Below are positions 1-12,550 of a stretch of DNA of 64,000 nucleotides, in pieces. The notes under the pieces are model-generated. The model was not told the origin of the DNA, made no database searches, and worked only from the letters and a program-made list of their open reading frames with translations. The DNA comes from Octopus bimaculoides. Taxonomy: Eukaryota. Numbering within the stretch: position 1 is the first letter of the stretch; the number at the start of each line of letters is the position of its first letter. The stretch is taken from assembly GCF_001194135.2 (NCBI RefSeq), contig NC_069004.1, positions 10,334,767-10,398,766 on the forward strand. The letters are read 5' to 3'. The position numbers and the translations under genes are program-made.

Positions 1-1086
1 AACTGGATCCTATAAAGGAGCTATTGTGGTAGCAGACCATGAAACATGGTTGAAATTCCTCCTAAGGTTTTGACTGGGATTCTAATTTAAACACAAATAC
101 TTCAGTATGACAATCTCAAGTATGGTCAGGATTAAAGTTATATTGTAATCAGTGAGTTATGGCATCATTATCATTTTAGGGAGAGATCACTTTACTGTGT
201 CAACTCAAGGGTTTCCAATTCAAAATGGATGAGTTGCTTTTCCAGGCATCCAAGTCTGTCTGTGTACAATATTCAGTCATTACTGATGGTATTTAAAAAG
301 CACCCAGTACACATTGTAAAATGGTCGGCATTAAGTAGGGGCATCCAGCCATAGAAACTATGCTGAAGCTGACACTGGAACTAGACATAGTCCTGCAATT
401 TGGTGGATCTTGTCAAACCATCGAACCCAACATGGAAAACAGATGATGATGATACTCTCCTATCACAAGTCATTCATTAGTGACAGCTTCCACTCTCACT
501 TACCACTTACCATCTCTATTACAAGGTAAGGCCACCGACTTTACTGTCACAGGGCACTCCTTAGTGACTGCTATCACTCTCTCACATACTACTTCTATCC
601 GTCTACATTACAAGTGAGACATCTCAGTCTGTGACTTGTCTCAAAGTGCAATAAGTACAAATATGAACCAATTTGAAATGTAATAACCTGTCCAACCCAT
701 GCCAGCAGGGAAAAGCAGATGCAAAATGATGATGATGGTGATGATGCAGATTACAAAATTTAGTAAATTTCAAAAAAAAAACTAACAATTTCACAATGTA
801 TTCCCTTAGGAGTGAAAATAAATTTACCATATATGTCTTTATGTCTTCTGTCATGTTTACAATAAACTATTCCTGTCACTTTATATGTCTGCTGTTGTGT
901 GACACGAGAAATACACCAAATGTACCACACTAAACCTATCGTGTTATCTGAAGCAACAATCTATGTAAATATCTGTGTTTTTAATCAAAATGGTGTAAAT
1001 ATTAGAGAAATAAAAAATAAAAACATATAAACAGGCTATGTATGCATGTATGTATGTGTGCTTGTGTATGCTAAAAGGTGGCTTAC

Positions 1087-1146
1087 CTCCATTCCAATCC
1101 TGATGTCCTCCAAGATACCATCAACCACTTGAATAGCAACAAGCTC
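1087..1146 (-). CDS. UPF2: UPF2 coding exon c26 (last exon visible in window)
   Basis: tctatag|...GAG|gtaagc; 60 nt; ELVAIQVVDGILEDIRIGME. Confidence 0.97.
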
Positions 1147-2185
1147 CTATAGAGCAAAACAACAAAAAAATAATAATAATAAAATAGAATAAAAGTTGAG
1201 TTAATGTCATATTCTTACACATGTGCATGCGTCCACACACACAGCTGAGAAGCATATATGAATATCAATTTTTGTTGTTGTCTGAACAACTTCTTTTGTT
1301 CTCATTCATTAGGAAAAAAATTATTAAATTTTTGATCATATTCCTTTTAAATTCATAACTATAGTTTAAATCAAAGAAATGAGTGTGTGGTATTACAACA
1401 AGCAATACATCATTCTTTACTATATTTTTTTAATTTTTATTAAATGAATTTAACAAAAATGATTTTTTGGCCCACATGCGGTTTTCGTTAAATGAGAATT
1501 TGATTTTGTGCATATATATATATATATATACATACATACATACATATATACATATTAAATCAATTTGTTCAACCAAACTCTCAAAGGCAGTGCCCCAGCA
1601 TGGACACAGTCCAATGACAAACAAGTAAAAAGAGGACAAATGGCACAAGGTCATTTGAAAATGTAAATGCTGCCAAAGTTAAATACAACACAAGTCACAA
1701 GACAGAAACTGCCAGCTGGTTGAACAACTCCAGAATTAACATTGCTGCCATTCTGGCCAGAAACTAGAAGATATATTTTTTTCAGGAAATTGAAAGTACT
1801 TACATGATATGGGGCTAAGCCAGCCAAGAGGTTGGCAGCACAGTGAATGGAATTGTAACGGATATTCCAAACAGCTGTCAGGCACTTGGTAGCATAGAAT
1901 GCAACCTGCCAACAGAATAAACAAAATATTATGAAGAATAGACAACAAAATACGGAATTAATAAAACAAATGAACTTTAAAGAAATAATTGTCATTTTCA
2001 ATAGAATTGAAATGAAATCACGGGGGTATATGATTGTGTGTGTGCGTATGTGTGTATGCCTAATGGAAGTGGGGTGGTTCATCTTTGTTCACTTAGTATT
2101 TGGGTTTATTTTTTGATTTGGTTGAATCTTGGTTGTTTTTTTGTTTTTTTTTTTGTTGGTCTGTTATTTTTAGCGNNNNNNNNNN

Positions 2186-2231
<46 letters not shown>

Positions 2232-4344
2232 ATTCAAGCACACAAACAAAATATAAAATGCATTACAAAACACCATTTAAAACAAAAATTTCTCTGAGGA
2301 ACTGTATTGAAAAAGAACAAATGAATTTGCCTTATTATATGAATATATTGATTAATGATGTAAAAAAAACTAATAAAATGCATCTAAGTCAAGCATGCTA
2401 AGTAAATCTTCATTAAGCATTTTTCTAATTAAATATGAATTAAATATGTCTTACCTCTGGATTATCCCAATCTAATTTCCTCATCTGCCGTAATACCTGC
2501 CAAATAAAACATTTAAAATACTTTAGGATAAACAGATTTGATAAACAGCATCTTTGAAAAATCTGATTATGAAACTGATGTCATGTTGGAAGCTAAACCA
2601 CAAAGGTGCACAACCAACATGGACATAGTTCAATCGTTGTTACTATTTCTATATCTGTGTCTCCTCCCAGTAGCTGATATACACCTACAAGACTATATCA
2701 CCACCACAACCACTTCTCAGTTAATGATATTTATGTATATCTAAAATTTCATTGTCCAATAGGTCCTTCTTTTAAAGCCAGCAAGATGAATTTTTGAAGG
2801 AATGTTGAAGTTATTACTAGCAGATCAAACAACTACATAAGGACTCCTTAGTTAACTCAAGAGAATCCCTTCCTTGCCCTGCCATCAGAGGTAACACTTC
2901 CCTCAGTTAATGATTCTATAGTTGGCTGAAGAAAGCCTTTCCCAACCAAAAACTCCCTAGTTGACTCAAGAGAATCCCTTAATTGCCATCAAAGGCAATA
3001 ACTTCCAAATGTTTCCCACCCACAGCTTATCTTCTAAACCAGGGGTTTTCAAACTTTTTAACTTGCGGACCCCTTTATATTTCAGGCTTTACCTTAGGGA
3101 CCCCCTTATAAACGCTTATGAAATTTATACATAAATATTTGCTTAAAATAACATATATTTTTACATTTATTTATTTAACAGTATTTAACAAATAGGTTTA
3201 TTGTCAATTAAAAGATTTCGATTAAAAAACATGTATGAAATCAAATTGCCCATAAAAAGTATTTGCTGTCCACGGACCCCTGTCTTCTCCTTGCGGACAC
3301 CCTGTGGTACCGGACCACAGTTTGAAAACCCCTCTTCTAAACAATTCAATATCATCATCATCATCACCAGCTATTCTCAATAGTTCAAAACAAAAAATAT
3401 CTGACCGCTACATAACAATATAAAAGGAGACAAAAAGAACACACATCTTGTTAAAGGCAGCTAATGGTGGAAGTAAGTTTGTCTACCTTCATATAGAAAA
3501 CAAAAAATAGAGAAGGGAAGTTTGTTGCTATCACCTTTTCCGTGGTGACCTTTGACAGATCTTTATAAAGTAGCTTGCGTATATATTCATGCATAGGAGG
3601 GCGTACTTTCTTCACCATTTGCGGTACTTCAGGTGGATTACTGTAGTAATAAGCATTTTCTATCATTGTGATGTACCTGCTATCCAAATGAAGGGCAGCT
3701 TTTTTCCGCATCACCACGTCCTGAAGACAAAAACAAAAGATATAAGGAAAAAAATTTATGTCAAAACAAGCAGTGATTAAATATATTCTGAGATAATTAG
3801 TTAAGGTTTTCAGTTTGTTAATCTCATCTGTAAACATGTAAAGATGTTTAACCCTTACTGTACAAGAACCAAGTATAGTTGGGACCATGCATGTGCACTT
3901 ACGACAGGAGTTAACTTGTTTTTGATAGCAGAGTACTTCCCAGAATCCTATACATTTCATATGAAATACTACACATATTTTTACTGACCAATAGAAAGGA
4001 GATTACAAGAACTGATTTGCATATGATTAGCATGTTACCTAAGCAGCAAAAATTTAATCAGCGCAATTAGGGTTAATATATAAACTAACTTGTGGTAGCT
4101 ACATCCCTTGATGTCGTGAGTTTAATCCCTTCTTGATACCACACCATTTATGACCTGGTTTTGTGAATCAATCAAACTCTTAAAATGTTCAGGTGCAGCT
4201 GTGTAGTAACTTAGCTTCCAAGCCATATGGTTTCAGGTTCAGTCCCACTGCTTGGCACCATGGGCAAGTGTCTTCTACTATAGCCTCAAGCCAACCAAAG
4301 CCTTGTGAGTGAATATGGCACACAGAGACTGAAAGAAGCCTGTC

Positions 4345-4394
<50 letters not shown>

Positions 4395-7300
4395 TACACA
4401 GAGCAATATATACAAATATGCCAACACACACACACACACACACCCAAATACTAATACACAAAATCAGACAGACACACACATACACAAACAGCAATACATA
4501 CATAAACATACCAACACATACACAGCAATATACACATAACTATAACCATCCATACAAGCTACACCACTCAATAACACAGAATAACAAAATAGTGAACAAC
4601 GGAAGGTTCGGAAGAAATAGGGTGACCGCTGAGTTGGTATCCATCACTACAACATAAGAACAAATAATGGACGTCGTCATTGTTTAGCCACAGGTCAGTA
4701 AGCTCAGACTGAACAAAGTTATGATTTGGCTGCTATTTCTAGAGTCGGACCCCTCACTGGCCTCGTGCATAACAATGGTAATGATGATGATGCTAGACCA
4801 ACTGGATGTACTTACAAGATAGACTTTAGTTCTATGATGAGAATCCATCTGTCTGTAAAGATATCGTCCACACGTTTCGAGCAAAGCACAAGCCATTTCT
4901 ATATTGTGGTGAGTGAAATCCACTAATAAATTCTGGGGAAAAAAAAAAAAAAAAAAAATCAAGAGCAATGAATAAAATAACTTGTGGTAGTTACATCCCT
5001 TGATGTAGTGAGTTTAATCCCTTCTTGATACCATCCCATTTATGACCTGGTTCTGTGAATCAATCAAACTCTTAAAATCTTCAGGTGTGGATGTGTAGTA
5101 ACTTAGCTTCCAAGCCACATGGTTTCAGGTTCAGTCCCACTGCTTGGCACCATGGGCAAGTGTCTTCTACTATAGCCTCAAGCCAACCAAAGCCTTGTGA
5201 ATGAATATGGCAGACGGAGACTGAAAGAAGCCTGTCATAGATATGTGTGTGTCTTGTGTATGTGCCTGTCTCCCACCACTGCTTGACAACCAGTATTGGT
5301 GTGTTTACATCCCGATAACTTAGTGGCTCAGCAAAACAGGCTGATAGAATAAGTACCAGGTTATAATATAACAAGTACTTGGATCAATAAGTTCAACTAA
5401 AATTCTTCAAGACGGTATCCCCAGCATGGCCACAGTCTAACGACTGAAACAAATAAAAGAGATTTAAATTAAAAAATCCTTCCCCAATGACTATGTAAAA
5501 ACATTTGGTTCAGTTATCTTCCAAATAGCTGTCTTAGTCATCTTTACTAAATCCCTGAAGAATTGTGTCATGCTTTCAATTCATGAAACAACAACAGCAA
5601 GAAAATTTAAAAAATAAACTTTCAAAAAGGAAATGCAAATTTTTACCTTAAGACAAAATAGTGTCTCTGTCTTGGGGAACATCTTAAACTTCACCAGTTC
5701 ACCTACCAAACAGATAATGAAAAAAAAAGAGGCGAGGTGAGATGTATAAAAATAAACAACCAACCAAATAAACAATCAAATTTATAATGTTACAAAGTAG
5801 TCTATGATTTGTTAAACCTGACTCCTTGAGAGGAAGCCCCGTTTTTTGGTCATAAGAATTTTATCCAAGTAAAGCAACATAGTAACGTCACATAATTCTT
5901 TATGCTCAGAAACTTTTTTCAATGGAACGATCAAGCTTCGACATTAGACTGGGAGTCACGCGAGTTTTGATTGCAGGTAAGCATATAAAATATGTGCAAT
6001 GCTACAGTAATATTAGAAAAATAATGACCTTACAATTCAAATTTCATCTATGTTTTAATTATTTATGTCTTATTTATGGTGGAATCGGTAGAGCATCACT
6101 ATGCAAATGCCATGTTGTATTTAGCTTTGTCTTTAATCATTCAGAAAAGTGAGGCAAAAAGGGTGGGGTAATATACATTGCAAACAGGTAACTGGGCTGG
6201 GGTAGATGTAATTGACTGTAACCCTACCCCACAACATGCATCATTATGTGTCTATGTTTGAAAATATGAAACTATTTCATAAGTTTAAAGGAATGAAAAC
6301 ATTTTCTAACAAACACAAGGCCAATAAATTGTAGGTGGTGGAGGCCACTGTTGATGACACTGATCCCAGTTCACAACTGATGGTTTTATGTCCCCAGAAC
6401 AGATAAAAGGCAAAAATCAACCTTAAAGAAACACATTGAAATACCACAAGGAATTTCTGCCAGATGCTCTACCAATTCTGTCACTCAAAAGTCATTAGAG
6501 AAACAAAAAGTTTACTAACCAATAAAACGTACAGTTTTCAACTTGGATTCAATGTTAATTTGGTCTTTCTTGCGTATCTGGAAAAAAAACAGATAAATGA
6601 AATCATCAGTTAAACAAAGAGATCGTTTACCTCTTACAGCATTTAAATAACAAGTTCAGTTAAAAAGATGCTTCTTTTTTTAAATGTGAAGATCATCAAC
6701 TTTATAGAAATGCTTGAAGGCCCAGATTGGATATCCTTAACCCTTTAGCATACACATTATTCTGTCAAATGTAATGCTTATTTATACACATAGCTTTGAA
6801 TGAATCATGCATGGTCTCGTAGCTTCAAGATTTCAATGATGTGACTGTGTATTTCTAGAATGACATTGTAAGGTCAGTGTGAGAGGCCCAGATCTAACCA
6901 GTTTGAACCTAAAACAAGTGAAATATTTGGGCTTGACATGGATGGTTTAAGTGTTAATGGGTTCAAGTTCCTTCCTACATTCTCTTTGTGGGGATTGATA
7001 AATACAAGTGTCAGGTAGAATTATTTTATTGGCTATGCCCCTCACCCACTTGCTACAAGTTTGTAGCTTGGTACCAATACATAAGAAACCCTCCAAAATA
7101 CTAGCAATAGAATGAGAGCTATTCACTTAGTTATATCATCTATCAAACTAAACACAGCAGACTGTATATTTTATACAATGGTCCAATGCCACACATCATA
7201 GAGGAGTGGGATGTTAATTTAAAACATCCAGCATATGACTGGTACTTAGTGAACATTATCCCTGGACAAACAAAACTGTCAACACTAGTAGGAACTGTAC

Positions 7301-10300
7301 ATGTAAATAGGTGCATCAAACAAAAATACTTTGTAGTAGTTACATAGTGAGTTATGTCCCCAACACTAAAAGAGAACTTAGCTACTCAAAAAAATAAGAT
7401 ATTGATAAAATAAATATCTAATTTAATACTGCAGGTGAATATAATTGATTGAAAACAAAACAGAAAAAAAAAATCACTATAGAGGTGCTTCAGCATGGCC
7501 ACAATTGAAAAGACAGAACAGTAAAAGGATACAAGAAATAACAAAGTACTTACATGCCAGCGAAAGTCTCCTTTCAGCAAATGTACAAGATCGTTGGCAA
7601 CATCTGGCATACAAGGGTACAAAGTAGCCACAAGTCGGGAGTAAAAAGGTAACAAATCGTATCTGGAAATAATCAATGGAAGAGAGAGAGAGAGAGAAAT
7701 AATAATCAGTTGTTGGTAGTGTTATTTAACCCCAGGTCAACTCAATGATCAAAACCACTTCTGCTTTTTCTATTATCAAGGTCTACATTTCTCAAAGTGT
7801 TTGTTAGTTTCATCAATAATGTTCAATCAGCTGAATCACTCTGTAAGTGGTTGAGTATTCCACAGATATATGGACCCTTAACATCATTCTCAGGTAGAAT
7901 CAGTGTGACTGTATGACAAAGTTGTACCTTTACATTACTGGTTACAATTCAGTCAACAGGCTTCAGCGCAGTTTCCATTTCTCCAACTTCATTCTCAAGG
8001 TTTGAGTTGACCCCCAGGCAATGGTAAAAGACAGAAACCCAAGATAGCACACAATGGGATTGAAACTGAGGCCTCATGGTTGCCAAGTGAACTTTAAGAA
8101 GTTCACATCTTAGCCATTCCGCCAAATCAAAGGAAATTACTATTCCCTTCAAACTTTGCCATTGTGACCGGGATGTCAATGTTTTGAAAACTGGCTTATT
8201 TTCCATTACATTCCAGACAGATTCAGCGCTGAGTTGCTGAAGCAGAAATATCATTATAGCAAATGTTCTTTTCAATATCACAGATTTGCTTGTTAGATAC
8301 TTGACCATAACCACTTGAGTATGTCCCATAGCGGTTGACAATACATGCATCTCTAATCATAGGAAGCATCATAGCTATATAATGTTGAGAGGGATTCTTC
8401 AGAGTTTGAATAAACATAAGAAAAGAAAAGTTCAAAGGAAGTATTAGTAATTTTTCATACTTTCTAGGGGTAAACAAATAGGAAATAACAGTTACTACCC
8501 AAGGACAAATCTATGCCACACAATCTAATAGATTTACTAACCTGGTTCTGTGAACTGTGAAAAGAGCCCTGACCAATTTCTTTCTATTTGTCTTGGTATT
8601 GAAGCTCATGCAAAAATCAACTGCATTCTGAAAGTAAATGAACACTCTTTGCATTATAAAACTGCTCTGTCAAGTTGTTCAGACTTAGACAAAAAACACT
8701 TTATATATTTATGTTTAAATTACATCATCAACCACATTAAAAGAAGCACCCAATACACACTAAAGTAGTTGGCATTAGGAAGGATATCTAACCAAAGAAA
8801 CTATGCCGCCAGAGTTGACACAAGAGCACGATGTAGTCCTAGGATTCATCAGATCTTGTGAAACCCATCTCAGCATGGAATATGAACATTAAATGAAAAA
8901 TATAATACAGAGTACATTAATATTAGAAAATATTAGTATTGGTTTCAAATTTTGGCACAAGGCCAGCAAGTTTGGGGAAAGGGGTAAGTTGATTATATTG
9001 ACCACCAGTGCTTAACTGGTACTTAACCCCAAAATGATGAAAGGCAAAGTTCACCTCAATGGAACTAAGAATATAAAGACAGATGAAATGCTGCTAGGCA
9101 TTTTGTGCTAATGATTCTACCAGCTCACCACCAAAGTATATCAATGAAGGTTTCAAACTTTAGCACAAAGCCAGCAATTTCAGAGACTGGGGTGGTGGGG
9201 GTCAAATATATCGGCCCTAATGCTCAACTGGTATTCATTTTATTGACTCCAAAAGGATGAAAGGCAAAGTTGGCCTCAGCAGAATTTGAACTCAGAACAA
9301 AGACAGACAAAATGCAGTCAAGCTTTTTGCCCAGTATACTCTTTTACTCTTTTACTTGTTTCAGTCATTTGACTGCAGCCATGCTGGAGCACCGCCTTTA
9401 GTCGAGCAAATCGACCCCAGGTCTTATTCTTGCCACCTTTAATGTACTTTGATGTATTAATATTAGAGTACATTAAAGGTGGCGAGCTGGTAGAATCGTT
9501 AGCACACCTTAATATTAATATATCAAAATACATTAATATTACAGAGTACAAATAAAAGTTTAAGCCACTGTAGCCATACATAGCACCTGATGATGAATCA
9601 GCACTTAACTATTTGAATCGTTATGCTTTATAAACATAAGTAAATGAAAATCTTTGCTTTGTGAAAGATGGGAATTAAAAGCCAGAAAAAAATGTTTTTT
9701 TTTTTTTTTTTTTCATGATTATAAAAATAATTAAAACACCAACTTCCTTCACTGCAGACAACACCAACATCAAAATCACAATTATTACTAACACCAGCAC
9801 CAATTCCACAGCCAACGCCACCAGTAATAATTAATAACAAAACTCAAGTGGTACCTTGTCAATCAGTTCTCTGTTAACACAATTCGGTAAAGACTGAAGA
9901 AAAGTATCAAACTGAGCTTTCATCAGATGGCCCGTGTCACCTTCTTCTTCTGCAATTAGAACAACATTCATTTATTAACACCAACAAACAAATAGTACAA
10001 GAAAGGTAACTTAAGTGTTCATAACAACAACAATTCTTTCTAATTTTGGCACAGGGCCAACAATTTTAAGAGGAGGGGGTATATAGTTGATTACATCAAC
10101 TCCAGCACTTGACAGTCATGTTTCAGATTCTTTCATTATTTTGGGGGTTGCTAAAATAAAATCCCAGTCAAATGCTGGTCCGACATCATGTGTCAGAACA
10201 TGTTACTGTAAAGGCGGTGAGCTGGCAGAATCGTTAGCACGCCGGGCGAAATGCTTAGCGGTATTTCGTCTGCCGCTACGTTCTGAGTTCAAATTCCGCC

Positions 10301-11560
10301 GAGGTCGACTTTGCCTTTCGTCCTTTCGGGGGTCGATAAATTAAGTACCAGTTACGCACTGGGGTCGATGTAATCGACTTAGTCCCTTTGTCTGTCCTTG
10401 TTTGTTCCCTCTATGTTTAGCCCCTTGTGGGCAATAAAAAAATAAGAATATGTTACTGTAATAAAAGAATGTTTTGTCTAAAGTTTAACACGTTAGTAAT
10501 TATAACACACATAGTGTTTAGATATATATTGATGTGTCCCAATTGAGAAGAAGTGAGCTGAGCCAACAACAATCATGTTATTATATGTAACAAGATATTA
10601 TATGTAACAAGAAATTAACAAGATATGAACCAGTGACTTTCTTCTTAATAAGGTTACTCTACCAGCTGAGCCACTTGAAATTTCTGTTGTCACATGACGA
10701 ACCAAACCCTAACCCCAACCCATCTATCTCTTTCAGAAGGATCCACCTTCTACCAAGAGAACATGCATTGCCAAATTCTTTGAAACCACATGTTACCATG
10801 TTAAAAAGGAAGGACACATTGGATAATGTAGTGCTTGGAATATGTACAAAAATAAGATGGGATGGTTATGGTTGGAATGTCTTTGATCAGGGTACTATGG
10901 CTTTGGTTTTTTATTCCATACTTCTACAGATTGTAGAGAAATATTCAACACTCTCAGACCAACAGCATCACCCCACCATGCCCCATGGTCTTAGGTTCCT
11001 CCAGGAATTTTCCTTTCTGCTTCCTGTAGAATGGTCAACATTCAACACCAACTCATGACCAACAATAACCTTAATCCACCTGGTCAACCACAGCTGACAT
11101 GGTCACCCATCACCACACACAAATTAACATAATTATCTCACCTGTAATACCCTATACTACCCAGTCACTCAATTCACAGATAACCAGTCATGCTACAGGA
11201 TTGCATGACCAGCTAGAAATAGCTGCCAAATCTAAATCCATCATTTGAAATGGAAGGACATATTACACACAATATGTACCTAGATACTTCTAGAATTTGG
11301 GAATAGTCAAACCTGGAATGTCTCTGATCATAATTCTGCTCCATCGGAGCTTCCCAAAACAACACCAGTAACCTCTTAAATTTAAAAAATAAACATAGGC
11401 GCAGGAGTGGCTGTGTGGTAAGTAGCTTGCTTACCAACCACATGGTTCCAGGTTCAGTCCCACTGCGTGGCACCTTGGGCAAGTGTCTACTACTATAGCC
11501 TCGGGCCGACCAAAGCCTTGTGAGTGGATTTGGTAGACGGAAACTGAAAGAAGCCCGTCG

Positions 11561-11604
<44 letters not shown>

Positions 11605-12509
11605 CCTGTGTTTGCCTCCTCCCCCCACCAACGCTTGACAACCAATGGTGGTGTGTTTACGTCCCCGTAACTTAGCGGTTCGGCAAAAGAGACCGATAGA
11701 ATAAGTACTAGGCTTACAAAGAATAAGTCCTGGGGTCGATTTGCTCGACTAAAGGCAGTGCTCCAGCATGGCCGCAGTCAAATGACTGAAACAAATAAAA
11801 GAATAAAAGAATAAAAGAATATATAAATTGCTCAGTTCTTGGCAAGATACCAACCGATATCTGGCTGATGAATCATGTCCAATTCTTCCTCGATGTCATC
11901 GTCTTTTAAACGCTCCTTATTGTCATCTTTGTCCTTCACGAGCGTCTCTACAGGGAGTTCCTTCTGTTCAAATTCGATTTCCGGGTCAATGTCTTCAATT
12001 TTCAGAGTTTCAATATCTGGTGAAGTCAAAGACAAAAAGACAATAAACTAGAAATCACCATCACCCCTGACTATCATTTATCAAAACTACATCAGTAAAT
12101 CTGAACACACCACACATCCATCTCTACTTTGTTATAGTACACAGTAACATTATCATCGACATCATTGTCAGCTTGTGCCAACTAAAACCTCAATGTGTTT
12201 GTTCAAACTACTAGAAATAACAGCCAAGTTCCCTCAAATCGCATCCACACCTAACAATCATTGGACAATTTAGTCCTGAAACCAGAACACCTTTAGAACT
12301 GACAAGTAGCTCATCAACAACCTCGCAACCATCTCACATATACATACATACATACGAAGAAAATGTTCTCTATGTGGCCTGTGTGTTTTCTGTACTCTGT
12401 TTATCATTTTGTCTACGTTTTGTTTGCAATGTCCTGTACCCAGATATGCATCTATATATACAGGTAGATGTAGGTATGTACATACATGTACGTATATATG
12501 CATATACTC

Positions 12510-12550
<41 letters not shown>

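Noticed and set aside
2844-3006. Direct repeat of about 55 bp
   Set aside because: Small diverged local duplication with no associated signal.
7949-8477. Overlapping 133-aa and 84-aa minus-strand ORFs as a nested gene
   Set aside because: No recognisable domain; one begins at a non-ATG codon and the other runs into a SINE fragment. Only the splice-signal hypothesis was kept as a finding.
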